Source of the DNA: a virus | Lineage: Duplodnaviria > Caudoviricetes | Direction: 5' to 3' (one strand) | Length of the DNA: 50,114 bases | Virus record (IMG/VR): IMGVR_UViG_3300043639_000041 | Span: 1 to 50,114 of that record | Part shown: piece by piece, positions 1 to 8,799 of the stretch | Numbering within the stretch: position 1 is the first letter of the stretch | How the letters are laid out: each line of letters begins with the position of its first letter | Made by a program: the position numbers and the translations under genes | The notes under the pieces: model-generated | Databases searched by the model: none | What the model saw: only the letters and a program-made list of their open reading frames with translations | Told to the model about the DNA's origin: nothing

Positions 1-127
1 GCCCTGACGTGACCGCGCTGGTTGAGAAAGCCCTGGGGCGGATCAGGGCTTGCCGCACAACCTGGGACGTTGTCGCACTGGCGCGGGAACTGGCCAATGA
101 TCAGGCGGCGATGGTGCCGCCGCCCCC
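1..127. repeat. Terminal duplication identical to 49988-50114 (circular assembly overlap)
   Basis: Exact 127-nt match between both window ends; it lies mid-gene and joins two in-frame ORF halves. Confidence 0.95.
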
Positions 128-1559
128 ACCACCACCACCACCACCACCACCACCCCCGCCGCCGCCTCCCGAGCCCGAGCCCGAGCCCGACCAGGGCGCT
201 CCTGGTGACGACGCCAGCGACGACCAGGACGACCAGGGCGCTCCTGGTGACGACGCCAGCGACGACCAGGACGACCAGGGCGCTCCTGGTGACGACGCCA
301 GCGACGACCAGGACGACCAGGGCGCTCCTGGTGACGATGCCGAGCCCAACCAGGACGACCAGGGCGCTCCTGGTGACGATGCCGAGCCCAACCAGGACGA
401 CCAGGGCGCTCCTGGTGACGATGCCGAGCCCAACCAGGACGACCAGGGCGCTCATGGTGACGATGCCGAGCCCAACCAGGACGACCAGGGCGCTCATGGT
501 GACGATGCCGAGCCCGACCAGGGCGCTCCTGGTGACGATGCCAGCGACGACCAGGGCGCTCCTGGTGACGATGCCAGCGACGACCAGGACGACCAGGGCG
601 CCGCCCTGGGCAAGGTGCCTGGGGATGGCCACGGCGATGGCACGGGCGGCGCCGATCTGGACCTGGACGCGCCCGCGACGCTGGAAGACATGGTCCAGGG
701 CGTGCGGGACCGCACCATGGAAACCGCCGCCGTGGGCAATGGCCTTGTCGGGTATCGCAATGAACGCATGACCGTCGCCGCGCGGAACAATACCAACCGC
801 ATGGCCAGCGCATGGAACATGGCGTTACCGGGCCGCGCGATCCTGCACGGCCAGATATCGCGCTTGCTGGTTTCCATGGAACGGACATGGACGACCCACC
901 GCGAAACATCGGGCCGGATCGACCGCCGCGCCTTGGCTCGCCTGGATACGGGGGCGCCTGACGTTTTCTCGCAACGGCATGACCGCCCCGGCATGGATAC
1001 CGCGCTGGCCATCTTGATCGACCTGTCTGGCTCCATGTCCAACCGGATCGAAACCGCCCGGGTCGCGGCCTTCCATATCGCGACAGCGGCGGAGGACGCG
1101 GGCGCCAAGGTGGCCGTCTATGGGTTTTACACATCGGAGTTGAACGCCAACCGAGCCCATGACCCGCTTCCCGCCTCCCTCCTGGTGTCCATGATCCCCT
1201 TCGGCATGAGCCCCCGGGCGTGCTGTGACCGCATCGGCGTCCTGTCACCCCATCGGTCCACGCCACTGTCCCCCGCGATCCTTGGCGCCGCCGAAGACCT
1301 GCGGGAGCAGGTGGCGGACCGTCACATTCTCATGGTCCTGACCGATGGGGATTGCGACTTCGGCAACTCCACGGTGACCCAGGCTTGCCACGTCGCCGCC
1401 GCCTGGGGCGTGGAAACCGTGGGCATTGGCATTGACGCCATGAACGTGGTCCGCGCCTTTCCCGATGGCCACAGCGTCAACGTGGTTGACCTTGCCCAAC
1501 TTGGCACCACGGGCCTGGGCGTGCTTTGCGATATGTTGGAGGACGCCGCCGCCGGGTAG
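1..1559 (+). CDS. C-terminal part of CobT-like metallopeptidase/VWA protein (true start 49429, about 705 aa across the junction)
   Basis: VWA MIDAS motif DLSGSM, STPL, VLTDGD; SGRID motif; poly-Pro and acidic repeat linker; in frame with ORF from 49429. Confidence 0.85.
   Translation, partial: PDVTALVEKALGRIRACRTTWDVVALARELANDQAAMVPPPPPPPPPPPPPPPPPPEPEPEPDQGAPGDDASDDQDDQGAPGDDASDDQDDQGAPGDDASDDQDDQGAPGDDAEPNQDDQGAPGDDAEPNQDDQGAPGDDAEPNQDDQGAHGDDAEPNQDDQGAHGDDAEPDQGAPGDDASDDQGAPGDDASDDQDDQGAALGKVPGDGHGDGTGGADLDLDAPATLEDMVQGVRDRTMETAAVGNGLVGYRNERMTVAARNNTNRMASAWNMALPGRAILHGQISRLLVSMERTWTTHRETSGRIDRRALARLDTGAPDVFSQRHDRPGMDTALAILIDLSGSMSNRIETARVAAFHIATAAEDAGAKVAVYGFYTSELNANRAHDPLPASLLVSMIPFGMSPRACCDRIGVLSPHRSTPLSPAILGAAEDLREQVADRHILMVLTDGDCDFGNSTVTQACHVAAAWGVETVGIGIDAMNVVRAFPDGHSVNVVDLAQLGTTGLGVLCDMLEDAAAG
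189..602 (+). repeat. Coding tandem repeat, mostly 42-nt units (DQGAPGDDASDDQD / DQGAPGDDAEPNQD), about 10 copies
   Basis: Near-identical GACCAGGGCGCTCCTGGTGACGA units; preceded by (CCA)n poly-Pro tract at about 117-170. Confidence 0.95.
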
Positions 1560-1625
1560 CCTACGCCGAGCCTACCGCCGCGCGGATCGTCCGCGCGGCG
1601 CCTCACTCCTGAAAGGAAACACCCC

Positions 1626-1745
1626 ATGGCCAGACTGGCCCCCGTCGTCGCTTTCGTCCTGGCCCTGTGGGCCATCCCGCGCCTGATCCCCGGGGACTGG
1701 CTGGATGGCCTTCCCCGGCTGGCGTGGTCGCTCATAATGCCCTGA
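1626..1745 (+). CDS. Small hydrophobic protein, 39 aa (MARLAPVVAFVLALWAIPRLIPGDWLDGLPRLAWSLIMP)
   Basis: GAAAGGA SD upstream, hydrophobic N-terminus, followed by terminator; below the ORF-track cutoff. Confidence 0.6.
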   Translation: MARLAPVVAFVLALWAIPRLIPGDWLDGLPRLAWSLIMP

Positions 1746-1748
1746 CCC

Positions 1749-1991
1749 GCCTGTCCCATCTGTCCCAACGACGCCCCCGAGCCCCCCGGCCCGGGGGCGT
1801 TTTCATGTCCATGGCCTGTCCAAGCCTGTCCCATCTGACCCATTTGCCTGTCCACGGCCTGTCCATGGCCTGTCCATGGCCTGTCCCTGGCCTGTCCAAG
1901 CCTGTCCATGGCCTGTCCAAGCCTGTCCCATCTGTCCCATTTGGCCCATTTGCCTGTCCCATCTGTCCCATTTGCCTGTCCCATCTGTCCC
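1749..1991. repeat. Array of about 20 TGTCC-core direct repeats (9-13 nt units, e.g. GCCTGTCCATG, CTGTCCCAT)
   Basis: Directly visible tandem repeats in a non-coding region. Confidence 0.9.
1771..1804 (+). terminator. Intrinsic terminator of AAA/VWA operon
   Basis: ACGCCCCCG...CGGGGGCGT stem followed by T tract. Confidence 0.65.
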
Positions 1992-2030
1992 GCGCGACGC
2001 CGGGCGCGGCCCGCGCCGGGCGGCGGCAAG

Positions 2031-2282
2031 CGAAACCCCAAATGCGAAAACCCGGCCTGGGGCGCGGGCTTCGGGACCACGCACACCCCAAATACGAAAA
2101 CCCCAAATGCGAAACCCACAACAGGTTGTTGCCTAGACCCCCTCGCACTTTATCAAAACCTCTTTTATATGTATTTTCTCTCTCTCTCTTTCTCTCTTTC
2201 CCTCTCTCTCTTCTTCTTCTTCTTTTTCTCATGTCATGGATATGTAGAAAGAGAAGGGTTCCCTGTTTACATTCTGTTGTGT
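2031..2282. other. Candidate replication origin: GAAA(A)CCCCAAAT(G/A)C repeats, AT-rich patch, about 55-nt pyrimidine tract
   Basis: Iteron-like repeats plus locally AT-rich segment directly downstream of the primase-helicase gene. Confidence 0.5.
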
Positions 2283-4745
2283 TTAGGGCGTGAACGGCCC
2301 GCCCTGGGGCAAAAGGCTTTGGGCGCGGCGATTGTGCAGCTTGTCCCACTCGATCCCCAGGGCCGCGCCGGTCATTTTGTCGTAGGGGATCGTGGTGTCA
2401 CGATGCGCCCACACCACGCGCCGCCCGGCGTCTGTCTGGACCGGACCGCCCTGGTTCAGTCTTTGGCATCCCGCCTGGACCATGAGCCGCCCCATTCTCT
2501 CGGTCGTGGGAACCATGGTCTTGCGGGGCAAGCCTTGGTCACCCGAACGCAGCGCGGCTTCCACGAGGTCCACCAGTTCGTGCGCGGTCAGTAGATCATG
2601 CAATGCCAGCGGGTGGGGCGGCTTCAGGTCCAGCCGGTCATTCAGCCACGCCAGGACAGGCCCGCCGCTCAGCTTGATGAGATGCCGCTTGTTCTGGGTC
2701 ATCGGGGCGTGTCCCTGGACTTCCCCCAGCATGAGGGCTTCGTCCCAGTAGCGGATCAGGTATTCCACGACGGCGTCGTTGTTCGTGGCGCCCCAGGGCG
2801 AGGCCGCGCCGAACCACGCCGCCAGCTTCTGGTGCCGGTCCACCGTCCAGCCGGTGTCCGCCGTGTAAATGACCCAAATGCGCCTGTCGTCCTCGGGCAG
2901 CGTCATGGGCCGGTCCTCGTTCGACGTCATCACCAGCACGAACGCGTTGGCCGCGTTGATCGCGGTCATGTATTTCTGGTTCACCGCGTCGAACGCCCGC
3001 CCCGCGTCGCACATGCGCTTGATCGCCTGATACTGGTCATGATCAGTCGTGGTCCCCCGCGTGGTCCGCCGTACCTCGGGCATCAGCACCAGCCGGTTCA
3101 GCGCCCAGGGGTTGAACTCGGAATTGAACATGGCCTGGGATATGCTCAACGCCCGCTCCGGCCCCAGGACACTCACCAGGGGCGCCCAGATTTGCTCTTT
3201 GCCCGCGCCCTGGGGGCCAATGATCAGGGGGTTGTTGGCGGGTTTGATGTGAACCGCGCCCACGATCATCGCCATGTAGTTTCGCAGCCGCCGCAGGTTC
3301 TCGATCCCTTCGGGCGTGGGTCCCATGAGCGCTCCCGCCAGCGCCCACCAGTCGCTGGCCAGGACATACCGCTCCAGATCGGCGAGCGGGACATGCGCCA
3401 GAGGCCGGGGGATGTCCCGCCAGGTGTTCACGTAGCACCGGGACATGCCGTTGGTGATCGCCGTGAACACCAGGGGCTTGCCGGGCCACCACGTCCGGGC
3501 ATCCACGTCACGCGCCACGCTCGATCCCCGCGCCCAGGCGCTGGGCGTGATTTCCCGTCCCTTGGCGTCGGTGGGCAGCAGCCCGCGCAGCCGGGGCAAC
3601 CAAACCTTGTTCAGCGCCCGGTCGTTGAGCGTCGTGTCGTTGGTCAGGTCCAGCCAGCGGTCCTCGGTGGTCAGAAACACCACGCTCTCCATGAACGCCT
3701 TGATGGGGGGTAGGACCGGCGTCGCCTTGACGGGGCTGGGAGGCACCGTGGCCGGGTCCACCACGCCGAACGTCGATCCATGCGGGTCGAGGTCGTCCAG
3801 CCCCATCAGCCCGCCGCTGTCCTCCCGTATGAGTTCATCCATGCGGGTGCGGACGTCCGCCGGGTGCCGGTTGTCGCAATGCCCGTGCCAGCACCGGAAC
3901 CCACCACCCCGGAAGTAGGCCGTTCCCGTGTTCTCGGCGCCCGTGCCGGGTGTGTGTTCGTGGCTCCAGGGGCAGATGATATCCCAGGCCACCCCCTGCG
4001 AGGTCTGGCGCGGGCCGCCCAGGATGAGCCCCAGCCGCCACATCGCCTCCAGAACAGGGTCCCGTCCCTTGGTGTGTCCTGGGACAGGGGCGGGAACAGG
4101 ATCAGGCGCTGGCGAGCTGGCCGCCGGAGCTGGGCCACCAGAAGAAATCTTATCATCGGGCAAGGGACACGCCGCCTCCACCATTTCAGCCGTGATCGTC
4201 CGTTTCTCGGCGCCGGAGGCCGCCCAGTAAACGCTGGGGAACCCGTTGACCCCCAAATGCGCTTTGTTGTTGGTGCCCTCGGGGAGGCGCATGATCCGCA
4301 CCACGCCCGCCATCCCCGGGTCCTTGCCGCTGAAATGGTTCGCCACCACCCGTTTGAGCAATCGTTCAGCCCGTGTCCGGTCATAAATCCAGGGGTCCAG
4401 TCGGTAGCCCCATTGCTCGTTCAGGGGCGAGGTCCGCAGCCGGTAGGTGGGCTCGCCCAGCGCCGCCCTGATCTCTACCGGGTCGCCCTTGGGTCCCACG
4501 TCATCCAGCACCAACACACACAGGGCTTCGAACCCCGTCTTTCGCCGCTGCGCCGGGTCCTTCACCAGGGACACGCAAAAGTAGTTATTCAGTTTCGGGT
4601 CCAGCGGGAACGCGTCCCGGGCGGCGCGGGCTGGCCACCCCTTGGCCTTCAGATCGGCCACTGAACACACCGAAACCCGGTGCCAGTCGGCGCGGAACAA
4701 CAGGCGCAGAAACGCTTCGTTGGCGGATGGGACAGGCGTTGTCAT
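2283..4745 (-). CDS. Primase-helicase: RepB-type primase domain, Zn-binding domain, SF3 (DUF5906-like) helicase
   Basis: LVLDDVG, RTSPLNEQWGY, RIMRLPEGTNNK; CPWSHEH...CWHGHC; Walker A GPQGAGK; start at MTTPVP chosen because upstream frame crosses promoter/hairpin. Confidence 0.85.
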   Translation of the reverse strand: MTTPVPSANEAFLRLLFRADWHRVSVCSVADLKAKGWPARAARDAFPLDPKLNNYFCVSLVKDPAQRRKTGFEALCVLVLDDVGPKGDPVEIRAALGEPTYRLRTSPLNEQWGYRLDPWIYDRTRAERLLKRVVANHFSGKDPGMAGVVRIMRLPEGTNNKAHLGVNGFPSVYWAASGAEKRTITAEMVEAACPLPDDKISSGGPAPAASSPAPDPVPAPVPGHTKGRDPVLEAMWRLGLILGGPRQTSQGVAWDIICPWSHEHTPGTGAENTGTAYFRGGGFRCWHGHCDNRHPADVRTRMDELIREDSGGLMGLDDLDPHGSTFGVVDPATVPPSPVKATPVLPPIKAFMESVVFLTTEDRWLDLTNDTTLNDRALNKVWLPRLRGLLPTDAKGREITPSAWARGSSVARDVDARTWWPGKPLVFTAITNGMSRCYVNTWRDIPRPLAHVPLADLERYVLASDWWALAGALMGPTPEGIENLRRLRNYMAMIVGAVHIKPANNPLIIGPQGAGKEQIWAPLVSVLGPERALSISQAMFNSEFNPWALNRLVLMPEVRRTTRGTTTDHDQYQAIKRMCDAGRAFDAVNQKYMTAINAANAFVLVMTSNEDRPMTLPEDDRRIWVIYTADTGWTVDRHQKLAAWFGAASPWGATNNDAVVEYLIRYWDEALMLGEVQGHAPMTQNKRHLIKLSGGPVLAWLNDRLDLKPPHPLALHDLLTAHELVDLVEAALRSGDQGLPRKTMVPTTERMGRLMVQAGCQRLNQGGPVQTDAGRRVVWAHRDTTIPYDKMTGAALGIEWDKLHNRRAQSLLPQGGPFTP

Positions 4746-4827
4746 TGGGATAAGCGCATCGAAAGCGCCCCTCTGGTGGGTGGGATGAAACAGCACGGAC
4801 AACGTCCGGTGGGATCGCCGCGCGGCG

Positions 4828-4876
4828 AGGCTGTCCCCGCCAGGACAGGCTGTCAACCAGGACAGGACACCACATA
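4828..4876 (-). promoter_or_regulatory. Putative sigma70 promoter for primase-helicase
   Basis: TTGACA on minus strand at 4851-4856, flanked by TGTCC repeats and a TGTGGTGT motif; -10 is weak. Confidence 0.5.
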
Positions 4877-5008
4877 GCCGTTGTATTCCACGGGGAACTT
4901 TCCTACCTTCCCTGGACTTCTGTCGGGCGGCGTTTCGAGAGCGACACGCCGCCGGGTAGGGAGTGAGGCCCACGGTGGGCGAGGCGCAGGGGTGTGCCTC
5001 GTTCAGCG

Positions 5009-5046
5009 AACGCCCGGTCCCCGGACCCCCGGGGCCGGGCGTTTTC
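5009..5046. terminator. GC-rich hairpin/terminator at end of integrase operon
   Basis: AACGCCCGGTCCCCGG / CCGGGGCCGGGCGTT inverted repeat immediately after stop at 5050. Confidence 0.6.
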
Positions 5047-5049
5047 ATT

Positions 5050-5301
5050 TCAGTGCTTCGGGATGTTCGTGAGCACGTCCTTTAACGCGCCGACGCCGAA
5101 CGCCTCCAGTTCCCGGGCCAGCTTCTGGGTGCCGCTTTCGAGCACCATCGCCAGCCCGGTCCCGGCGCCTAACACCAGCGCCAGCTTCAACAGGCTCAGT
5201 TCCCTGTCACTGGGCACACCGCCCACGCGGGCGATGCGCTCCAGGCGGCTCCAGGCTTCCTCGATGCTCCGCGCCCAGGGTGGCGGTAGGTCCTCGCTCA
5301 T
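5050..5301 (-). CDS. Hypothetical protein, 83 aa
   Basis: ATGA coupling with upstream gene (MSEDLPPPW...). Confidence 0.65.
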   Translation of the reverse strand: MSEDLPPPWARSIEEAWSRLERIARVGGVPSDRELSLLKLALVLGAGTGLAMVLESGTQKLARELEAFGVGALKDVLTNIPKH

Positions 5302-5870
5302 GGAGCGAGGTATTCCATGAGTTCGTCGCGGATCGCGACCAACCATGCCTGTTCCGCGATGCTCGGCTCGTCGCCGAGATTGTTCAGGTTCTCTTCCATC
5401 AGCCGGATCATTTCGGCGGCGCCGATGTAGAACGCGTTGCGAAACACCCTGACGCCCGCCTTGGTCATGTCCTGGGGCAGGACATGCGCCCGGACCCGTT
5501 CCCAGCGTGCCGCCAGCGTGCTGCCCGGGCCGGTGGGCTTGCCCTGGTTGCGCAGCCTGTGCTCGCCCTCGGGTGGGTCGTTCCCGGGGCCGGGCGCCAC
5601 CCGGCCCTCGATGGTGTCGATCATCGCCCGCCAGACGGCGACCGCTTCCTCGGGTTTCAGTCTGTTCGACATGAACGCGGCCCTGCCGTGGTGGGTGGTG
5701 CCGAAGGGAAACACCAGCAGCGTGAAGCCCCATTCACGGTCATCCCCTTCCGCGTCGGCGTTGAACAGCTTGTCCAGCACCACACAGGCGAACTCCAGGC
5801 GGGCGGTCAGCATCGCCTCCTGGGTCGGGTTGGCGGGCTCGGTGAAACGAAAATGCGGAGGGGTCGCCAT
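5298..5870 (-). CDS. Hypothetical protein
   Basis: AAGGA SD, protein-like composition, operon coupling. Confidence 0.75.
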   Translation of the reverse strand: MATPPHFRFTEPANPTQEAMLTARLEFACVVLDKLFNADAEGDDREWGFTLLVFPFGTTHHGRAAFMSNRLKPEEAVAVWRAMIDTIEGRVAPGPGNDPPEGEHRLRNQGKPTGPGSTLAARWERVRAHVLPQDMTKAGVRVFRNAFYIGAAEMIRLMEENLNNLGDEPSIAEQAWLVAIRDELMEYLAP

Positions 5871-5882
5871 GACGGGTTCCTT

Positions 5883-6464
5883 TCAGCCGGTGGGCGGGGG
5901 ATCGGGTGGGGCGGGCAAAACCCCAAAGTCGAGCAGCCAGCGCACGAACTGGGCGCCTTTCTCCATCGGGTAGACGGTCTGCACCCAGATCGCCACGGTG
6001 CCGTCCGCGCGGGCCTCCATCCGGAACACGCCCGGGGCACCCCCCTCGCGCGGCGCCCTGGAGGCACCCTGGACGCCGTTGGCGGGCTGGGCGGTCACCA
6101 GCACCGGGCTCCGGGCCTCCAGCAGCGCCACGGCCCGGGCGGCGGGGCCGTTGGTCGTCTTGTGGGGGCTCCCCGGGGGACGTCCCGCCTTACCGCGCTT
6201 CGGCTTCCCCTTCCTCGGTTGCCCCCGGCTATCGTCGAGGCGGGCGCTGGCGATGGTCCCGGGGTCGATCCCCAGCACCTTGGCCAGCGCCCGGGCGTTC
6301 TCCCGGGATACGCTATGATAGCCTTTCGACCACAGATGCAGGGTCGCCGGGGACTTGCCGATCCGCCTGGCGATCTCGGGGATGGTTCCCGGGTAGGCCG
6401 CGATGGCCTGTCGGAGCACCTGGGCGGTCGCCTGAAGGTGGTCCTTTCGCGTCGCGCTCGGCAT
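5883..6464 (-). CDS. XRE-type HTH DNA-binding protein
   Basis: IPEIARRIGKSPATLHLWSKG...ARALAKVLGID HTH pattern. Confidence 0.7.
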   Translation of the reverse strand: MPSATRKDHLQATAQVLRQAIAAYPGTIPEIARRIGKSPATLHLWSKGYHSVSRENARALAKVLGIDPGTIASARLDDSRGQPRKGKPKRGKAGRPPGSPHKTTNGPAARAVALLEARSPVLVTAQPANGVQGASRAPREGGAPGVFRMEARADGTVAIWVQTVYPMEKGAQFVRWLLDFGVLPAPPDPPPTG

Positions 6465-6844
6465 CAGTGAACAACCGGCGCGGCGTGGTCATGCTTCGTG
6501 TCCTGGGACACGGGACGGGCGCTGGCCGCGCGGCGTTTGGCCCGCGTCGCGCGGGCCTTGTTCGCCGCGATGTCGTTCTTGCGTTCGAACATCGTGTTGC
6601 GGGCGGCGACCACGGGCGGCGCCATTCGTCTGACCACGCGATAGTAAGCATCCCGGTAGGCGGCGCTCATCGAGCGAAAGGGTCCCGCTTCGCGCGGTCC
6701 CAGCGCCCAGTAATATCCCGAGAATACCAGGGGCTCGTCCTTGTCCCGCTCTGTCGCCCACAATCGCGTGGCCTGGAAACTCACATAGAAAACCTTGATC
6801 TTCGCCTCTTCGACCGCGTTGACCAAACTGTTAGATAACCACAT
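6464..6844 (-). CDS. Hypothetical protein
   Basis: AGGAGG SD, TGATG coupling to next gene. Confidence 0.75.
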   Translation of the reverse strand: MWLSNSLVNAVEEAKIKVFYVSFQATRLWATERDKDEPLVFSGYYWALGPREAGPFRSMSAAYRDAYYRVVRRMAPPVVAARNTMFERKNDIAANKARATRAKRRAASARPVSQDTKHDHAAPVVH

Positions 6845-8027
6845 GCGTTTGTCCTCCTGGGGTCATGGTTGAAGGCGCCATGTAACGCCGCATGGCCTCG
6901 CGGGTGTCGTCGGTCACCAGATGCAAATATATCCGGGTGATCGTTTCGGGGGTGTCCGCCATGATCCGCGCCACCAGCGCGATGGGCATCCCGCGTTTCA
7001 AAGCGAAGGTAGCCCAGGAGTGGCGGAACACATGCGGCGTCAGGCCGGGGATACCCACTTGCTCGCGGAGGGTGTCGATGCCGCGAAGGATGCGCACGCT
7101 GTCGAACACCTTGCCGGTGGGGTTGGCACCGGCCAGCGCGCGAGCGTGTTTGAGGATGGGAAGCAAACGATCCGACACGGGAACAACCGCCGCCTTCTTG
7201 TTCGCCACCTGCCGTTCCGGGCGGCGAAAGTCCATCGTTTCCATTCCGGGGGTCATGTCCACGCGCTCCCAGGTGAGCGCCAGGATCGCGTCGCGCCGTT
7301 GCGCGCTGTCGGCGGCGATGCAGACGAACAGCGCGGTCCGCGTGTCCACCCGGTCGGGTCGCGTTGGCCCGCCCTGAAGAAAGCGTTTCGCCGCCGTCTC
7401 GAATACCAGCGCGTCCTGTTCCGGGGTCAATACGAATTGCCGGGGCGCGCCGAACGCGGGCAAGCGATACGAAGGCGCTGATCCCGCCGGGATCAGCTTC
7501 ACCTTGACGCCATGGCGCAGCACCGTGAGCACCGCGCTGAGTTTGGATCGCTGGGTGCCTTGCTTGTAGCCTTTGGCGATCAGGTGGTCGTGATAGTCAC
7601 GTAACCGTTCCTCGGTGATCGACACCGCCAGATCGTGTTCGAAAAACCGGATGGCGGGCGCGAGCATGACATGCTGCGTGCGGGTGAACCTGTCCCGGGA
7701 CACGTCTTTCAAATAGCTTTCGGCGAGGTCCGGGAAACTTAACCCTCGTGTGTGGCTTTGCGCTTGGATGGGTGTCAGCTTTTGCGCTTTCCAGGCGTGC
7801 AAGCGCTCGTTGGCTTCGCCTCGGTCAAGCGTGAAGCACGCTTGTTGCGCGGTTCGATAAGTGGTCGATCCGTCCATCGCCGTGATGATGTCGGTGTAGA
7901 AGATGACCCAGCGTCCCGTGGGTTTCTGTCCAAGATATGCCGTTCGAACCGTCCACTCGATGGGGCTTTCACCGGGCAGTCGTTGGGCGCGGGCGGGTTT
8001 CGCTTGTGCAATTTTGTGGAGAGCCAC
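6831..8027 (-). CDS. int: Tyrosine recombinase / phage integrase
   Basis: Catalytic R (QRRDAILALTW), HVFRH, C-terminal TRIY; start uncertain. Confidence 0.9.
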   Translation of the reverse strand: MALHKIAQAKPARAQRLPGESPIEWTVRTAYLGQKPTGRWVIFYTDIITAMDGSTTYRTAQQACFTLDRGEANERLHAWKAQKLTPIQAQSHTRGLSFPDLAESYLKDVSRDRFTRTQHVMLAPAIRFFEHDLAVSITEERLRDYHDHLIAKGYKQGTQRSKLSAVLTVLRHGVKVKLIPAGSAPSYRLPAFGAPRQFVLTPEQDALVFETAAKRFLQGGPTRPDRVDTRTALFVCIAADSAQRRDAILALTWERVDMTPGMETMDFRRPERQVANKKAAVVPVSDRLLPILKHARALAGANPTGKVFDSVRILRGIDTLREQVGIPGLTPHVFRHSWATFALKRGMPIALVARIMADTPETITRIYLHLVTDDTREAMRRYMAPSTMTPGGQTHVVI

Positions 8028-8167
8028 TTGTCGATTTCCTCACGGGGAATGAGCACGGGACGACCGGGCAGATAAGCAAGCTGCCCGGTCCTGCGTAAGT
8101 GTTGAATTTTAGACAGCCCACATCGAAGCAGGATGCCCGCTTCGGCCTGGGTGATCAGGTCGATCAC
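7775..8167 (-). CDS. xis: Excisionase-like HTH protein
   Basis: LITQAEAGILLRCGLSKIQHLRRTGQL...VLIPREEIDKWL, typical of HTH_17/Xis; between repressor and integrase. Confidence 0.75.
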   Translation of the reverse strand: MIDLITQAEAGILLRCGLSKIQHLRRTGQLAYLPGRPVLIPREEIDKWLSTKLHKRNPPAPNDCPVKAPSSGRFERHILDRNPRDAGSSSTPTSSRRWTDRPLIEPRNKRASRLTEAKPTSACTPGKRKS

Positions 8168-8799
8168 GCGGCCTCGTCCGGGGGGTCGGATGGCGTGTCG
8201 ATCAGGATATGCTTACGCAAGAACTCCAGCAGCGCGAAGCCCCGTTCCATATCAAGTTCTTTGTTGAACATGATGAACACGCGGTTGGGGTTGCGGATTT
8301 GAAACGACAGCACGCCTTCCAGTTTCGGGTCATAGTTCGGTGACACGATGGGGGGCGATGTGGGCGCCACCGGGCGCGCCGACTGGGTGCGGTCCGCCTT
8401 GGTCATGTCCGCCGCCAGGTCTTCGGGTTGGAGGTCGAGCACGCCGCACAACTTGATGATGTTCTCGGGGCTGGGGTGCGTGCTGCCCGACAGGTAATGC
8501 GTCATCCTGTCCCTGCCCTTGGCGACTTTGTTGCCCGCCGGGTTTGTCGTCTCCCCCCACATGGCGCGGGCCACGTCGCTGGCGGTCATCTGTTTTTTGA
8601 TCATGGCGCGGACAAGGTTCTCCCGGAACTTCTCAAGCTCGGGGCGGGCGGGAATGAGCGCGGGTTCGAACCCGGCGCGGCCCGCGCCTCGCCGGGGCGG
8701 CACCAGTAACGGCGTTGATTGTTCTCTGTTCGTGTCGGGGGATATCGGCACGGCGCCGCCCCCATGATGCTTACGGGTTGGAGCGAATGTGGATGACAT
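8164..8799 (-). CDS. Phage repressor (XRE HTH)
   Basis: MTASDVARAMWG...MTHYLSGSTHPSPENIIKLCGVL; GGGAG SD before ATG 8799; divergent from Cro-like gene. Confidence 0.75.
   Translation of the reverse strand: MSSTFAPTRKHHGGGAVPISPDTNREQSTPLLVPPRRGAGRAGFEPALIPARPELEKFRENLVRAMIKKQMTASDVARAMWGETTNPAGNKVAKGRDRMTHYLSGSTHPSPENIIKLCGVLDLQPEDLAADMTKADRTQSARPVAPTSPPIVSPNYDPKLEGVLSFQIRNPNRVFIMFNKELDMERGFALLEFLRKHILIDTPSDPPDEAA

Noticed and set aside
189-602. CRISPR array
   Set aside because: Repeats are in-frame coding units without unique spacers; the Cas4-like gene is a usual phage replication exonuclease and no cas operon is present
1667-2594. ORFs spanning the TGTCC array and CT tract
   Set aside because: Translations simply mirror DNA repeats in several frames; no protein-like content
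4746-5048. N-terminal extension of primase-helicase
   Set aside because: Runs through a hairpin and TTGACA promoter candidate; low-complexity translation
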